Counted from the first letter of the stretch, positions 49,371 through 60,302 are shown. The stretch: DNA of 64,000 nt from Nitrosopumilaceae archaeon (GCA_965214835.1 CBDCCK010000002.1:1632001-1696000); one strand, 5' to 3'. Notes: a model not told the origin generated them from the letters alone. Numbers and translations: made by a program.

Positions 49371-49722
49371 GTATGAGACGCTGTATCAAATCTTATCCGT
49401 AGCGGACGCCATATCATCCGCGTTGGGCCCAAGAGCCGAAGTAAACTTGCCACGTATGAGGGCGCGTAAGAGACTGGCTCAGAGTAGGCGGACAACGAAA
49501 TGCAACATAATCGAGGGCGAATGGGAGTTTTCCGTTCAGTCGAGCGCACACGCTTTGATCAAAAAGGAGGTGATATAATGATCAACATAGGAATAGACGT
49601 TCATAAAAAGACGTGCGTGGCAACCATCAAGGGCAGGGCTGCCAAGATCCTGGAACAGACGGAGTTTTCCAACACGGCCGATGGAATAAGGGGATTTATT
49701 GGGCAGATCAGAGAGAAATACG
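49371..49722 (+). mobile_element. IS110 copy 2: full left non-coding end plus truncated recombinase (ATG 49578)
   Basis: Aligns with 18569-18918; cut by an IS630 end at 49723. Confidence 0.85.
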
Positions 49723-50012
49723 TAGTATCTAGCTAAGATAATCGCTCATCTCGCAGATCTTGATCTCGCCCCTGCGCAACATGACGCGTATGGACTTCTG
49801 CATCTCGTCGACGGTCTTGTAAAGGCGGTTTGCAGTCGCCTTTTTGAACCCGCGCCACTGCCCCTCTATCTTGTTCAGCTCCGGCGTGTACGGCGGCAGG
49901 AACTTTAGCACCACGTCGCCATTCCATTCTGTTAGCTGCTCCCTGACCAGTGTGGCCCTGTGATACGATGCGTTGTCGACAAACAGCAGCACCTTGTCGT
50001 ACTTGCGGCGTA
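49723..50012 (-). pseudogene. IS630 3' remnant with right end
   Basis: FVDNASYH, LPPYTPELNKIE; end TAGTATCTAG preceded by CG. Confidence 0.82.
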
Positions 50013-50022
50013 GCAGCATCTA

Positions 50023-51909
50023 CAAAAAATATGGGAAGACAACGAAGGCCTGAAGCATTTTCTAAAATCCACCAGCACGACAAAATCCATACAGGTTTTG
50101 CCCTTCATACAACTAAACCAGGAATCGTTTGAGGGCACTCTGTCTGAGCTGGACAGCCTGATTACGGCTGTGAACGGAAACGACGTGGAATCCGTCAAAG
50201 AAATCCTTCAAACGAATCCGGAAAAACAACACGAATATGTCCTAGAGCTGTGCCGCCTCGCAGAAGAATACATAGAATCCGAAAGAACCGTGGTTGCAAA
50301 CAATACAATCAACGTACTGGTAAACATACACGATGCTGTAGAAGATCCCTCTCGAGAAGGGATCACAAAACTACTTGACAAGTTTATGACGGGCAGTGAG
50401 ATTCTCAGCAACCTGATGATGTTTGATGTTGACATCCTGTTTCCCATCACGCTTTCACTAAATTCGGATGTCGGAGAAACTATCCATAGGAGATATGCGC
50501 AAAACATGTCTGCGCCAAACTATGCTCCAATGATCATCAAGAAGTTTATCGACAACATCGCATCGATCAGCGACTCGGTTTGCCAAGACGTTGACGAGAA
50601 TTTGGGAAAGCTGGGTGGATTGAACCATGTGGAACAGTTCTACTACGTATTGGAGCGGTTGATGGAAAGCAGTACGGCTGCAGAAAAGTTCGCCAAGAAG
50701 AGCACACTGAGGGAGGTGATAAGCCTCATCCATCCCAGTACTGAGGACAGATGGATGTCGGCATATATGAAACTGAAGCACCTTGCCGGCGAAGACAACA
50801 AACTGGCGTTTGTAGAAAAGATGCTTTCCGCAATCAAGACAGAAGAGGGGCAGAACATGCCTCCTGACAGCGAGACAGTATGCAGAAAGCTCATGGAGAT
50901 GACCGCGGATGATTTTGCAGGCGGCGCGGCCAAATACACATACGATTCTCTAAAGAAGCCTGCACTAGACTATGCCGACACAGGCGGGAGGGCACTGGTC
51001 TCAGCGATCATATTAAAGGCATACACAAAACTGGATCATCCAGACAGGGAAGAGTTTGCCACCGAAATCCTTTCCTCGCTGATAGCACAAATCTCCCCAG
51101 AACAAATCTCTCCCATTGTAAAGATCGTCCGGGACGAAAACGTACCAATTCTTGAGTTTGCGCCGGTTGCAGACGCGGTTTTTTCCCTGCTACGCGACAA
51201 CCCGTCACGCGAATCAGTCGATCTCCTGTATGCTGGCACCTCGGAAGACAAGTGGGAGGATCTTGAGGACAGGATAATCAACATACACAGTGAGGATGTC
51301 AGCCGAGTCAGCATCCTCTCGTCTGCATTTGATCTGTCGGCCAGTGCACCCGTGGAATTAAGGGCAAGGATTTTCAGACGGATTCTGCAGTCCTGCGAGC
51401 AGTTTGACCACGATGCCAAGTTGTCGATTTATCAGAATCTGGCGAAAAATCTGGATGGCCTTGGCAAAACCCCAATAGACGCGCTTGCCGACGGATTGCT
51501 GCAGGAGCTCAGGCCGGATGACAATGTACAAGTCGATGCGTGTCTGGAACTGATCAGCGGATGTTTTGGCAAAACCACGGAAGCCAAACAAATGGAGGTG
51601 ATCTCCAATCTCCTAACCAAGGTGCAAGAATACATGCAGTCAAAGCCAAACTTTGCGATAGCCGTAATAAGATTTCTAATATCAAAAAACAAGGATATGG
51701 TCCGGGACGGAAGGGGCCAGTTTGTCGACTTTGCGGTCAAAACCCTTGAAAGTGAAGACAATGTCCCGGTACTGACAGAGATTTTAGACCAATTCGACAG
51801 CATTGAGTTTGGAGACAGGAGGGAATACGCATACGAACTTGTTGCCAAGTTATGCGAGTCGTCAAATGAAGACGTTAAGAGCAAAGCCCAAGAGATCATA
51901 AACGGATGA
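50023..51909 (+). pseudogene. 5'-truncated large alpha-helical (HEAT/ARM-like) protein
   Basis: Frame is open upstream of 50098 (KIWEDNEGLKHFLKST..LPFIQLNQ) back to the IS junction; 603+ aa helical. Confidence 0.65.
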
Positions 51910-52045
51910 TGGTTCGGACGCATGTGCCAAAAAAAATCAAAGTGAAAGCAGAAAGCCAAGGCAGAAAAGATGTCACAATTCATGCCAAATAACAAGACAT
52001 CTATGCTAAAAACACCCGCTCGTAGGACGGCGATGTTCCTATGCT

Positions 52046-52123
52046 AGGCCTTATGCATAATCGATGCAGATCAAAAAAATCAGGCAGCTTTTGCGTCATT
52101 TTTGGCAAATACGTATAGGATCT
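52046..52123 (-). mobile_element. MITE A2
   Basis: Reverse complement of 5653-5730. Confidence 0.82.
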
Positions 52124-52250
52124 ATGGGTTTTGGAATGCTGAGAGTTCAAGTTCATCCTATGGCAACGGGCAGAAGTCTTTGAGTCAAAGTAGGTCATAA
52201 CTACACGTAAAAAACCTCAATTATTTCTGCTCGTTGCTATAGGGATAGTC

Positions 52251-52547
52251 ATGGAGCATCTTAACACCAACATCGAGACGGCAGAGCTATGTCGCCGCCA
52301 CAACCTAGTCCATAGGACGTTTTATCAGTGGAGGGAGCGCTTTTTGCAGGCCGGACGCGCGTCACTGTCGGGCAGGGGCCACAAGTCAACAGAGGAGCGG
52401 CAACAAAAGGAGATCGAGTCACTCAAGAAAATAGTCGGGGAATACGCCGTGGCCAACGCGGTATTAAAAAAAACCTTGGAGGCAGGCAAAAGGTGATGGC
52501 CGCAACCGAGCTGAAGAGCAAGGGATGGAGCACACGCACGTCACTGC
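52251..52547 (+). pseudogene. IS3 OrfA plus start of OrfB, truncated
   Basis: AELCRRHNL..W, LKKIVGEYAVAN; similar to OrfA at 17158. Confidence 0.8.
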
Positions 52548-52688
52548 AGAGAGTTGATTCGAAATTAACAAACTCTGATTATCTGTGAACGAATCTGCAT
52601 AAATCAGCTCAAAACACCAACAAAATACAGATTATCTGTGAAATTATCCAAAAAATTTGTTTGGTTTCTAATTTCGGATCATCTCTCA
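52548..52688. mobile_element. MITE family D, ~140 bp
   Basis: AGAGAGTTGATTCGAAATTA vs reverse complement TGAGAGATGATCCGAAATTA (17/20); internal GATTATCTGTGAA x2 (52577, 52630). Confidence 0.7.
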
Positions 52689-52790
52689 GGGGGACGTGAC
52701 CACATACCAAGAATCGTATGTGGTCACCTGCCCCTGCCAATCAGGCACGAATTGGTATGTGCAATTATGATTTCCATGCCTGGCCAGCAA
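52687..52790 (-). mobile_element. Two partial MITE B copies separated by 8 bp
   Basis: ..GTGACCACATAC (52707) CAAGAATC GTATGTGGTCACCTGCCCC.. (52716). Confidence 0.7.
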
Positions 52791-53120
52791 GTGACGGGCC
52801 TAGTCGATACCGCCTACAAGAGAATCACCAAGAAAGGAATCGAACACAGGCACTTTAGAATACCCAAGGGACTGCTTGCGTTGCCGGGCATGCAAAAGGA
52901 GGACGAGTATAGATTGCTGAAACGGATTCTAGGTGGCGTGCAGTTCGTGGTGATCGGCATTGCAGGCCTAGTGCCGCCGGCGCTCCGGACTGTCAATGTC
53001 AGGATGGATCCCGGCTCCGATTCGGATGCCGACCTGTCGCTGACAGGCGCCCTAGTGATGGGCCTGCTCATCGTGGTCATAGGACTCGTGGCAGAAAGGA
53101 TCTATGTGCATGGAAAAAAA

Positions 53121-53213
53121 GTATGTGGTCACGTCCCCTTGCTAGCTAGGCACGAGGATCACAATCATTCATGTTAATTCATGCCTAACTGATGATGGTA
53201 GGTGACCTCGTAC
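53121..53213 (+). mobile_element. MITE B, 93 bp, TSD GAAAAAAA
   Basis: GAAAAAAA at 53113 and 53214. Confidence 0.9.
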
Positions 53214-53458
53214 GAAAAAAAATAAGGATGCCTCAGTCGAGACCCTGTGCTGCCTTGACTGCTTCCCTCAGGCTCCCCGCCGCTATCGACATTTCCTCGT
53301 GGTAGTGCTTGGCAGAGTCTCCTTCGATCAGATACATTCCAGATGTGGGGCCGACCAAGGCATAATTATCACCAGTTATGCCGTCCGGATTTTTCTCCAG
53401 GAGCATTATGACATCATCATTGATCTCGACGTCATGTCTCTCAAATACAGCTATCACG

Positions 53459-54590
53459 TAGTATTCACGGCTACCAATTGATCACAAAAAGGACAATTTT
53501 TTTCAACCAAAGGATCCAAGATCTGCCAGTCCCATACATACACATGAAAGGAAAAAAGGAACTGCCGGCGGGAACGCAGTTCCTGTACGGGATAGCAAGC
53601 AAGGACAGGCTTTTTAGGATGCACAAGTCCGAGAAGAACGCCAAGGCGGCCATCAGGCTCCTGGTCTATTATATGAGAAAGTGCGGCATGAGCATATACC
53701 AGATTGCCGAGAAGCTGGACAGGCCGTATGGAACCATACGGTACTGGCTGGTGCGCGCACACGAGCACGGCCTGGAGGGCAGGTTTGACATAAGGCACGG
53801 CGCCCCGTGCAGGCTCGACAGGAAGCAGCTTGGGCAGCTGCGCGCAGACCTGATTGAAGGCCCGCAAAACTGCGGCTTTGAGGCGGCAACATGGACCGGA
53901 CCGCTGGTCATCGCCCACGTCAAAAGGAGGTTCGGCATCACGCATGCGTCCATGGGCATATACGACCTGCTGCACAGAATCGGCTTTTCGTGAAGGCCGC
54001 GCCCAAAACACCCAAAATCATCCACGGAATCCGAGAAAGAGGAGTTCAAAAAAAAAGCTGGGCGGTGCACGGGGTACTATTCGAAGAAGGAATACACGGT
54101 AATGATAGGGGACGAGTCCTCGTTCATCCTGGGATGGAACGTCAAGAACAGCTGGTACCCTGTAGGAGAGCCTGTCTTCACGCCGTCCAACCTGTCAAAG
54201 GAGAGGTTCTATGCCATAGGGGCCCTCTCAAGGAACGGCCTTGACTGCCGCTTTTACAAAAAGGCCGACACGTACACGTTCTTCAAGTTTCTCAAGGCGC
54301 TGCGCCGCAAGTACGGCAAGGTGCTGCTGTTCGTGGACAATGCATCGTACCACAAGTCTACAGAACTCAAGAGAAAGATGGCCGGGTGGAACGGGGATGT
54401 GGTGATACGGTACCTGCCGCCGTACACGCCGGAGCTGAATAACTCGGAGGAGCAGTGGCGCGGGCTGAAAAAGGCGACTGCAAACTGCCTTTACAAGACA
54501 GTCGACGCGATGCAGAAATCCCTGCGCGTCATGCTGCGCAGGGGCGAGATAAAGGTGGTGGAGATGAACAAATGGCTGACGTGAATACTA
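53459..54590 (+). mobile_element. Full-length IS630-family element (1132 bp), transposase 53544-54584 broken
   Basis: TIR TAGTATTCACG/CGTGAATACTA flanked by CG; GDES, VDNASYH, PELNNSE; TGA at 53991; A-run near 54050. Confidence 0.88.
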
Positions 54591-54721
54591 CGGCGGTGCC
54601 GTGCCCGGTCTGCAAAAGCACATCTGGGAGCTACCGAGTCCCCGATCTAGCCTGATCAAAAAGGAATACATGGTGGGCGGTATTCGGTTGGCTTTTTATC
54701 TGGAAATTTCTTAACAGTACC

Positions 54722-55363
54722 ATGGCAATGCCGATGGACTATGATGGAGCGCGCACCGATGACTCGGAGCGTACCGACAACCCGACTGACTACAAGCGGA
54801 CCTGCATTGGCTTTATAGAGGACATCTCCCGTGACTACAAGGCATGGGTTGACTATTACCGCCTGCCAGAAGACGAGGACAAAAGGCGCAGATCCGAGAT
54901 TGACGCCACCATAGCCAGATCCAACGAATGGATTGCCAAAGTCGCAACCTCGATAAAATCAATAGACGTTGTCATGAACGACGGAATCCAGAAGATGGCC
55001 GAGGCCACGGCTGGGAGGCCCTTTCAGATCGGCGTGTTTGTAAACGGCAAGTCAAGCTACACCCTTGCAAGGCCCGGGATCATCGATGTCAATGTAAAGG
55101 CGGCAGGCCGGGGGGACAGAAAGACAAGGCTGGGATTCCACTTCAAGGACGACCGCTTTAGGATAGAGTCTACCTGCAGGGCATTCCTAGACGAGGACGG
55201 CCTGCCCGCCGGGGAGCACGACCTGATGGACATCCACCTCAGGCTGCACGCCGAGAAGGCAGCGGCACGTGACGTCATATCATTTACCGTGACTGTCATT
55301 GAGACCGAGAACGGGACCGAATACGACAAGCGCGGCGTCTCTACCATTGTTCACATAACGTGA
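54722..55363 (+). CDS. Hypothetical protein
   Basis: 213-aa ORF; TTTTTAT box upstream. Confidence 0.75.
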   Translation: MAMPMDYDGARTDDSERTDNPTDYKRTCIGFIEDISRDYKAWVDYYRLPEDEDKRRRSEIDATIARSNEWIAKVATSIKSIDVVMNDGIQKMAEATAGRPFQIGVFVNGKSSYTLARPGIIDVNVKAAGRGDRKTRLGFHFKDDRFRIESTCRAFLDEDGLPAGEHDLMDIHLRLHAEKAAARDVISFTVTVIETENGTEYDKRGVSTIVHIT

Positions 55364-55670
55364 CCTCTACGGCGACCCGCCTTTCTCTTGCCCTCTCTTC
55401 CCCGGGATACTTTAGCTCGGAAATCTTTTGCGACAGCGGGCCGTCACCGACTATCCTTGCATCGCCCCGGATCCTCCTGCCCCCAAGCTGGACTGTGACG
55501 CCTGGGTTCTTTGCAATGTTCTTGAACCAGTCACTGTCTGGCCTGTGTCTTGAAAAGTATATCCTGCCGTCGTACATTACCGCCTTTAGCGTCTTGGAGT
55601 GCTCCCTTCCGGTAACCCTGCCAGTTGTAGTCAGAACCGCAATGAATGTAGAACCGTTCTCAGGGCCCAT
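55341..55670 (-). CDS. F420-dependent nitroreductase-family / split-barrel protein
   Basis: LTTTGRVTG, SDWFKNIAKNPGVTV. Confidence 0.8.
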   Translation of the reverse strand: MGPENGSTFIAVLTTTGRVTGREHSKTLKAVMYDGRIYFSRHRPDSDWFKNIAKNPGVTVQLGGRRIRGDARIVGDGPLSQKISELKYPGEERARERRVAVEVTLCEQW

Positions 55671-55758
55671 GCCCGGATATGCCCGGTCAAGTAATTTAAC
55701 CCCATTGATGGAAATTTCTAATACTGCCTCAGATAAGCCAACTTCTGGATCCTGTACC

Positions 55759-56211
55759 ATGTCTACAAAGCTAGCAGGCATGTCGCCTAAGATGACCGTG
55801 GCAGACACGTTTACCGGAAAGCGCGTAGTCGACCGCGAGGGCATCAGGTACGGCAGGGTAAAACACATTCACATCAACCAGGATACCCTGAAGGTCTCAG
55901 GCGTAACGGTTCATCAGGGATTCAGGAAGGACTACTTTTTGTCAGACGAGTACATTGACAGGTTCACAGAGGAGACCCTGCTCTTGAGCACCTCGCCGGT
56001 ACGGACCAACGTCGACGTGACCGATATCGACGGACACAAGATCGGCAGGGTCAAAAAGATCCACAAGAATCCACAAACCGGCGATCTCGAGTCAATTGAG
56101 GTGCAAGACGGAATCGTGCACACCAAGGTCGTATCCAAGACCGAGATCTGGGGCGTGGGAGAGAAAATCATTCTCAAGGCCACCCGGGACGAATACAAGC
56201 AGATGGAGTAG
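55759..56211 (+). CDS. Tandem PRC-barrel protein
   Basis: GKRVVDREG..GRVK and VTDIDGHKIGRVK. Confidence 0.85.
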   Translation: MSTKLAGMSPKMTVADTFTGKRVVDREGIRYGRVKHIHINQDTLKVSGVTVHQGFRKDYFLSDEYIDRFTEETLLLSTSPVRTNVDVTDIDGHKIGRVKKIHKNPQTGDLESIEVQDGIVHTKVVSKTEIWGVGEKIILKATRDEYKQME

Positions 56212-56243
56212 GGATTTTCCGCTTCTATTATTTTTAAGAAAGC

Positions 56244-56348
56244 CTAGCCCCTGACCTGCCTTTCCAAGCATTCCTTGCAGGTTGGAACGCCCCCCTTGAT
56301 TTCGATATTGACATTTGACGTATTGCACCTGTGACACAATCCCTTCAT
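56244..56348 (-). CDS. 34-aa zinc-ribbon microprotein
   Basis: MKGLCHRCNTSNVNIEIKGGVPTCKECLERQVRG (CxxC x2); TTTAA box ~25 nt upstream. Confidence 0.7.
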   Translation of the reverse strand: MKGLCHRCNTSNVNIEIKGGVPTCKECLERQVRG

Positions 56349-56396
56349 GGTCTGAGTCAAGACTCTACGCTTAAATTTTTTATGACGATCGTAACA

Positions 56397-56479
56397 TGCG
56401 TGGCCGTCTCCATTACGATTGCACGCGTTTGCATGCAGCTGTGATCCTTGCGCTTGGCCGGCAATGGACGTGACCACAC
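56397..56479 (-). mobile_element. Highly decayed MITE B
   Basis: CTGTGATCCTTGCGCTTGGCCGGCAATGGACGTGACCACAC. Confidence 0.5.
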
Positions 56480-56543
56480 AATCGGCGATACCCGACACTT
56501 TTCAGACCCGTGTCATGCTGTGATCCCTACAGTAGAGGGCACA

Positions 56544-56728
56544 TGTGGCCGTCATAACTCCAGATGAGGTAGACGGGGGTTTTTGTCGGGATCTGCGACG
56601 AGCTAAACGCCTTTTCGCAGGGATAGACGTACGGGGAGATGATGGAGAATATGAGCAATGTAGTAGAGCCTGCAGCAAAAGAAGCCGGCAGCGCTGATGA
56701 TTTTAACGTGCTGGCTGCCCAAAAGTGC
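56544..56728 (+). pseudogene. HicB-like antitoxin pseudogene
   Basis: VAVITPDEVDGGF/VGICDELNAFSQG*TYGEMMENM with a frameshift and a TAG. Confidence 0.6.
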
Positions 56729-56731
56729 AAT

Positions 56732-56810
56732 GAACCTTGTGTGTATTTGCCAAAAATGACGCAAAAGCTGCCTGGTTTTTTTGATCTGCACCGATTACGC
56801 ATTAAGGTCT
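56732..56810 (+). mobile_element. MITE A2, TSD AAT
   Basis: AAT at 56729 and 56811. Confidence 0.82.
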
Positions 56811-56845
56811 AATGACTGGTTCCGAGTATTTCATGCAGTGCAAGG

Positions 56846-56972
56846 GGGTTTCCTAATTCGCCAGAATTCCTGAAAAACATTGAGATGTCACATGGATCAG
56901 GCGTGCAAAAGGGCGAAAATTCAGAAAAACATATTGACTGAGTCAAATAAGTGGAACTAGCAAACAGTCCCC
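56846..56972. mobile_element. MITE C, TSD GTGCAAGG/GTGCAATG
   Basis: Same core as the 30983 copy. Confidence 0.85.
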
Positions 56973-57151
56973 GTGCAATGACAAAATACCCTGCCAGAGG
57001 TGAACCACACTGGCAGGTGGCACCTTCGGCGTATGGCACATGCATGCCACTCGGCTGCCGCGATTCTGGCATGAGGATCACAAACAGGGAAAAGAGACAG
57101 CCCGTTTTACTGCGATTTGCCGCTACTGGATTCACTGCTTGGCAGACACAG

Positions 57152-57263
57152 CAGCCAAATGAAACGTGCCAGAAAATCGAGCAAAAACAGAACCTAGACG
57201 AGAGGCACGACGCCTCAATAACAAGACAAAAAACAGCAATCCCATTTGAGTTTCACCTAGCTG
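57152..57263. mobile_element. MITE family E (112-bp variant), TSD CACAG/CACAA
   Basis: CAGCCAAATGAAAC...GTTTCACCTAGCTG; core shared with 63318-63547. Confidence 0.8.
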
Positions 57264-57290
57264 CACAACCTGATACGAATATATGCCGAC

Positions 57291-57749
57291 ATGATGGGAA
57301 AACACTACTTGGCCACACTCCGACAAATAGCATTTGTTACCGGAATAGCCATATCAATCTCAGTTTTCGGACTGTTTGTCTACTGGTTTCTCCCAGCCCT
57401 GATTTCAGGGGAGCAATGGGACAGGCTTGACCGTGAGGACATTACCGAGGAGAAGCTATACGAGATATTCTCCACACATCCCGGATATGTTGCAATGTAT
57501 GAGAGGTTTCCCGAGGCCCAAGAGCAATTCGGCTTCAATCGACACAGGAATGGTGGCAGCATGATCGTAGGTACCATAAACATCGAGACGGGCAATACAC
57601 TGACGCTGAGCATGCATTATGATTCGCACGGTTCCCGCGTAAACGGCCATGTCACTTGCCAGCATGCAACTGGAAACGAGCACCACCATGGCTATCAGGA
57701 TCTCCTGTTTGCAAAGTCAATCATAGAGGCTACAGACTGTTTGGAGTAG
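57291..57749 (+). CDS. Membrane-anchored hypothetical protein
   Basis: One N-terminal TM segment, 152 aa. Confidence 0.7.
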   Translation: MMGKHYLATLRQIAFVTGIAISISVFGLFVYWFLPALISGEQWDRLDREDITEEKLYEIFSTHPGYVAMYERFPEAQEQFGFNRHRNGGSMIVGTINIETGNTLTLSMHYDSHGSRVNGHVTCQHATGNEHHHGYQDLLFAKSIIEATDCLE

Positions 57750-57837
57750 GGCCTGCAAACAGCCCGGCCGGAGGCAATCAGCAGCATGCCAGATTCCAAC
57801 CAATGTGTATTTAAGGTTCAATGCACAACAAAACCAC

Positions 57838-58329
57838 ATGCCAGCCGAACTGGATACCGCCGATGCCAGCCCGCAGCACGCCGTCCAGATCCAATCCGAG
57901 CGGCCCGCAGACTATTGGTACGAGCTGGGACGGTGGGCCGATCTAGGAGTACAGGAGGATCAGGACACCAAGCATCAGGGCATCGTATATTTTATGGTGG
58001 ACGGAGAGGTGTCTGTCAAAGAGACGCCCACAGACCTTCGCGAGGCCAGGCTGAGGATAGACGGGCTGGGATATGGTGAATATAACCACTTTATCGGCTT
58101 TGTTAACCGGAAGACGTGGACAACGCTCCAGTTTGCTCATTATGACTACGACGGCTGGTATGCTGACGCTCCAATCGCCTCGGGACGTGAATGGGACGGA
58201 TACACGTGGGGATGCCATACCGACAAGGAGTCGGTACTCAACACTGTGGGCCTGTTCTTTGAGGAGATGCGATGGTTTGACTCGCTCCCATTTACGATGA
58301 GGCGGCACACTAGGTGGGCAACAAGATAG
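57838..58329 (+). CDS. Hypothetical protein; C-terminus altered by an insertion
   Basis: ORF 57805-58329; likely ancestral end WKYKA-stop at 58381-58398. Confidence 0.6.
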   Translation: MPAELDTADASPQHAVQIQSERPADYWYELGRWADLGVQEDQDTKHQGIVYFMVDGEVSVKETPTDLREARLRIDGLGYGEYNHFIGFVNRKTWTTLQFAHYDYDGWYADAPIASGREWDGYTWGCHTDKESVLNTVGLFFEEMRWFDSLPFTMRRHTRWATR

Positions 58330-58380
58330 TCGATCTCATCTATGACGACGCGATGGTTTGACTCGCTCCCATTTACGATG
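58269..58380. repeat. 31-bp perfect direct repeat around a 50-bp insert
   Basis: GCGATGGTTTGACTCGCTCCCATTTACGATG at 58269-58299 and 58350-58380. Confidence 0.9.
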
Positions 58381-58539
58381 TGGAAGTACAAGGCGTAAGG
58401 TGTGGTGGCGACGGCCTCGACCATGCCGGGCCTGCGGTGGGCACTCCTGACTCTTGCCAAACGGGGGCGATTCCCTCGTCTGAGCTGAATTACCCCGGCA
58501 CCTCATAGCAATTTATAACTGAAAAAACCGATCACATCA

Positions 58540-59529
58540 TTGAACTCAATCGAGACCAGATCCGTCTCAAAGTTATTTGGTGATGTAAGGGCCGTAGACG
58601 ACGTATCATTTGAGATCGGCGAGTCCGAGATATTCGGATTTCTGGGACCCAATGGCGCCGGAAAGAGCACGACAATGATGATCCTCACCACCCTTCTAAA
58701 GCCCAGCTCCGGGGATGCCCTGGTTGCCGGATATGATGTTGTAACCCAAGCAAACAGGGTGCGCCAGAACATAGGCTATGTCCAGCAGGAGACTACCGCC
58801 GATGAGTACCTTACGGGCCGGGAGAACCTGCTCTTGCAGGCAAGACTCAACCACATAGACAAAAAGCACATTGACGGCAGGATCGACGAGATCCTGGATC
58901 TAATCGAGCTGTCCGACAAGCAGCATGACGCCGTGATTACATATTCTGGCGGCATGAGAAAGCGCCTGGACATTGCCGGCGGCCTGATGCACAGGCCCAG
59001 GGTCCTGTTTCTAGACGAGCCCACCGTGGGGCTGGACATCCAGACCAGGCGAAAAATCTGGGACTATATCAAGCAGATTCACAGGGAGTACAACATGACG
59101 ATCTTTCTCTCGACCCACTATATGGAGGAGGCCGACCGGTTGTGTGACCGGGTCGGCATCATTGATCACGGGAAGATACAGGCCATTGACACGCCTGCTT
59201 CCATGAAGAGCGCACTAGGCCAGGAAATCATCCAGGTTACCGTCGGTTCTGAGCCTGACTCGGTCATAGCTGCCATCAGGGGCGTCCCTGACGTCAAGGA
59301 CGTCAAAACCCAGAATGAGAAAATCACCATATATGCCGCAAACGGAACCGAGGTGATCCCGCAGATCTTCCAGATCTCTGTGGATGCCGGAATCAAAATC
59401 AACTCCATCTCCCTCACACAGCCCACTCTGGACGATGTCTTTATCTCCTATACTGGACATGAGCTCAGGGACGGGGGGGAGTTCAACCGCAAGCGGGAGC
59501 ATGCGAGGACAAGGAGGATGATGGCGTGA
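58540..59529 (+). CDS. ABC transporter ATP-binding protein (DrrA-like)
   Basis: GPNGAGKST, YSGGM, LDEPT. Confidence 0.95.
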   Translation: MNSIETRSVSKLFGDVRAVDDVSFEIGESEIFGFLGPNGAGKSTTMMILTTLLKPSSGDALVAGYDVVTQANRVRQNIGYVQQETTADEYLTGRENLLLQARLNHIDKKHIDGRIDEILDLIELSDKQHDAVITYSGGMRKRLDIAGGLMHRPRVLFLDEPTVGLDIQTRRKIWDYIKQIHREYNMTIFLSTHYMEEADRLCDRVGIIDHGKIQAIDTPASMKSALGQEIIQVTVGSEPDSVIAAIRGVPDVKDVKTQNEKITIYAANGTEVIPQIFQISVDAGIKINSISLTQPTLDDVFISYTGHELRDGGEFNRKREHARTRRMMA

Positions 59530-60302
59530 TTATAGGCGATACGTACTCTGTCTTCTGGAGGGAGATGAAGAGGTACAAAAAATCACGCAGCGGCGTTCTG
59601 ATACGCCTGATCCAGCCTGCAGTCTGGATCATAGTAATCGGAAACACGTTTGCGGGAACCCAGCCCCTGATAGAGTCCGTCGGCTTTGAGGGCGAGTACA
59701 TAGAGTTCATGGCGCCCGGCGTCATAGTCCTGACTGCGATCTTTACCAGCATATTTGGCGGCGTCAACACGCTGTGGGACAGGCGGTACGGGTTCATGAA
59801 CAAGGCTCTGACCTCGCCGATCTCCCGCTCGTCGATTGCGCTGGGCAAAATGCTGGCAATCTCCATGATTGCAGCACTGCAGGCAAGCCTGATAATCGGC
59901 ATCGCCCTTGCAATAGGCGTCACCTTTGAGAATCCTGTCATGATTGCGCCAATCATGGCAATCGTGGTTTTATTCTCGCTGGGCTTTTCGGGGATATCTG
60001 TCACGGTAGCTGCCACCGCAAAGTCCCAGGAGACCTTCTGGGGAGTCATAAACTTTCTCGGCATGCCCCTGTTCATGCTGAGCCCCGCGCTGTTCCCGCT
60101 AGAACTGCTGCCTGACTGGCTGGAGGCCCTTGCCAGGCTCAATCCGGTAACCTATACCGTACTGCTGGTCCGTGAGATGATGACCGGGGTGGGGGAGGGC
60201 GTCTCTGCTGCCCTGAGCATCGGCATCATCGGAGCCTTTGTTCTTGCAATGGTCCTGATAGCAAGCTATGTTTTCAGGCGTGACGTCAACAAGCCATTCT
60301 GA
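59526..60302 (+). CDS. ABC-2 type permease
   Basis: FMAPG, LPDWL..NPVTY, six TM segments. Confidence 0.93.
   Translation: MIIGDTYSVFWREMKRYKKSRSGVLIRLIQPAVWIIVIGNTFAGTQPLIESVGFEGEYIEFMAPGVIVLTAIFTSIFGGVNTLWDRRYGFMNKALTSPISRSSIALGKMLAISMIAALQASLIIGIALAIGVTFENPVMIAPIMAIVVLFSLGFSGISVTVAATAKSQETFWGVINFLGMPLFMLSPALFPLELLPDWLEALARLNPVTYTVLLVREMMTGVGEGVSAALSIGIIGAFVLAMVLIASYVFRRDVNKPF

Noticed and set aside
52638-53177. 179-aa ORF as a real gene
   Set aside because: Chimera of MITE D/B sequence and a membrane-protein fragment (about 52790-53120).
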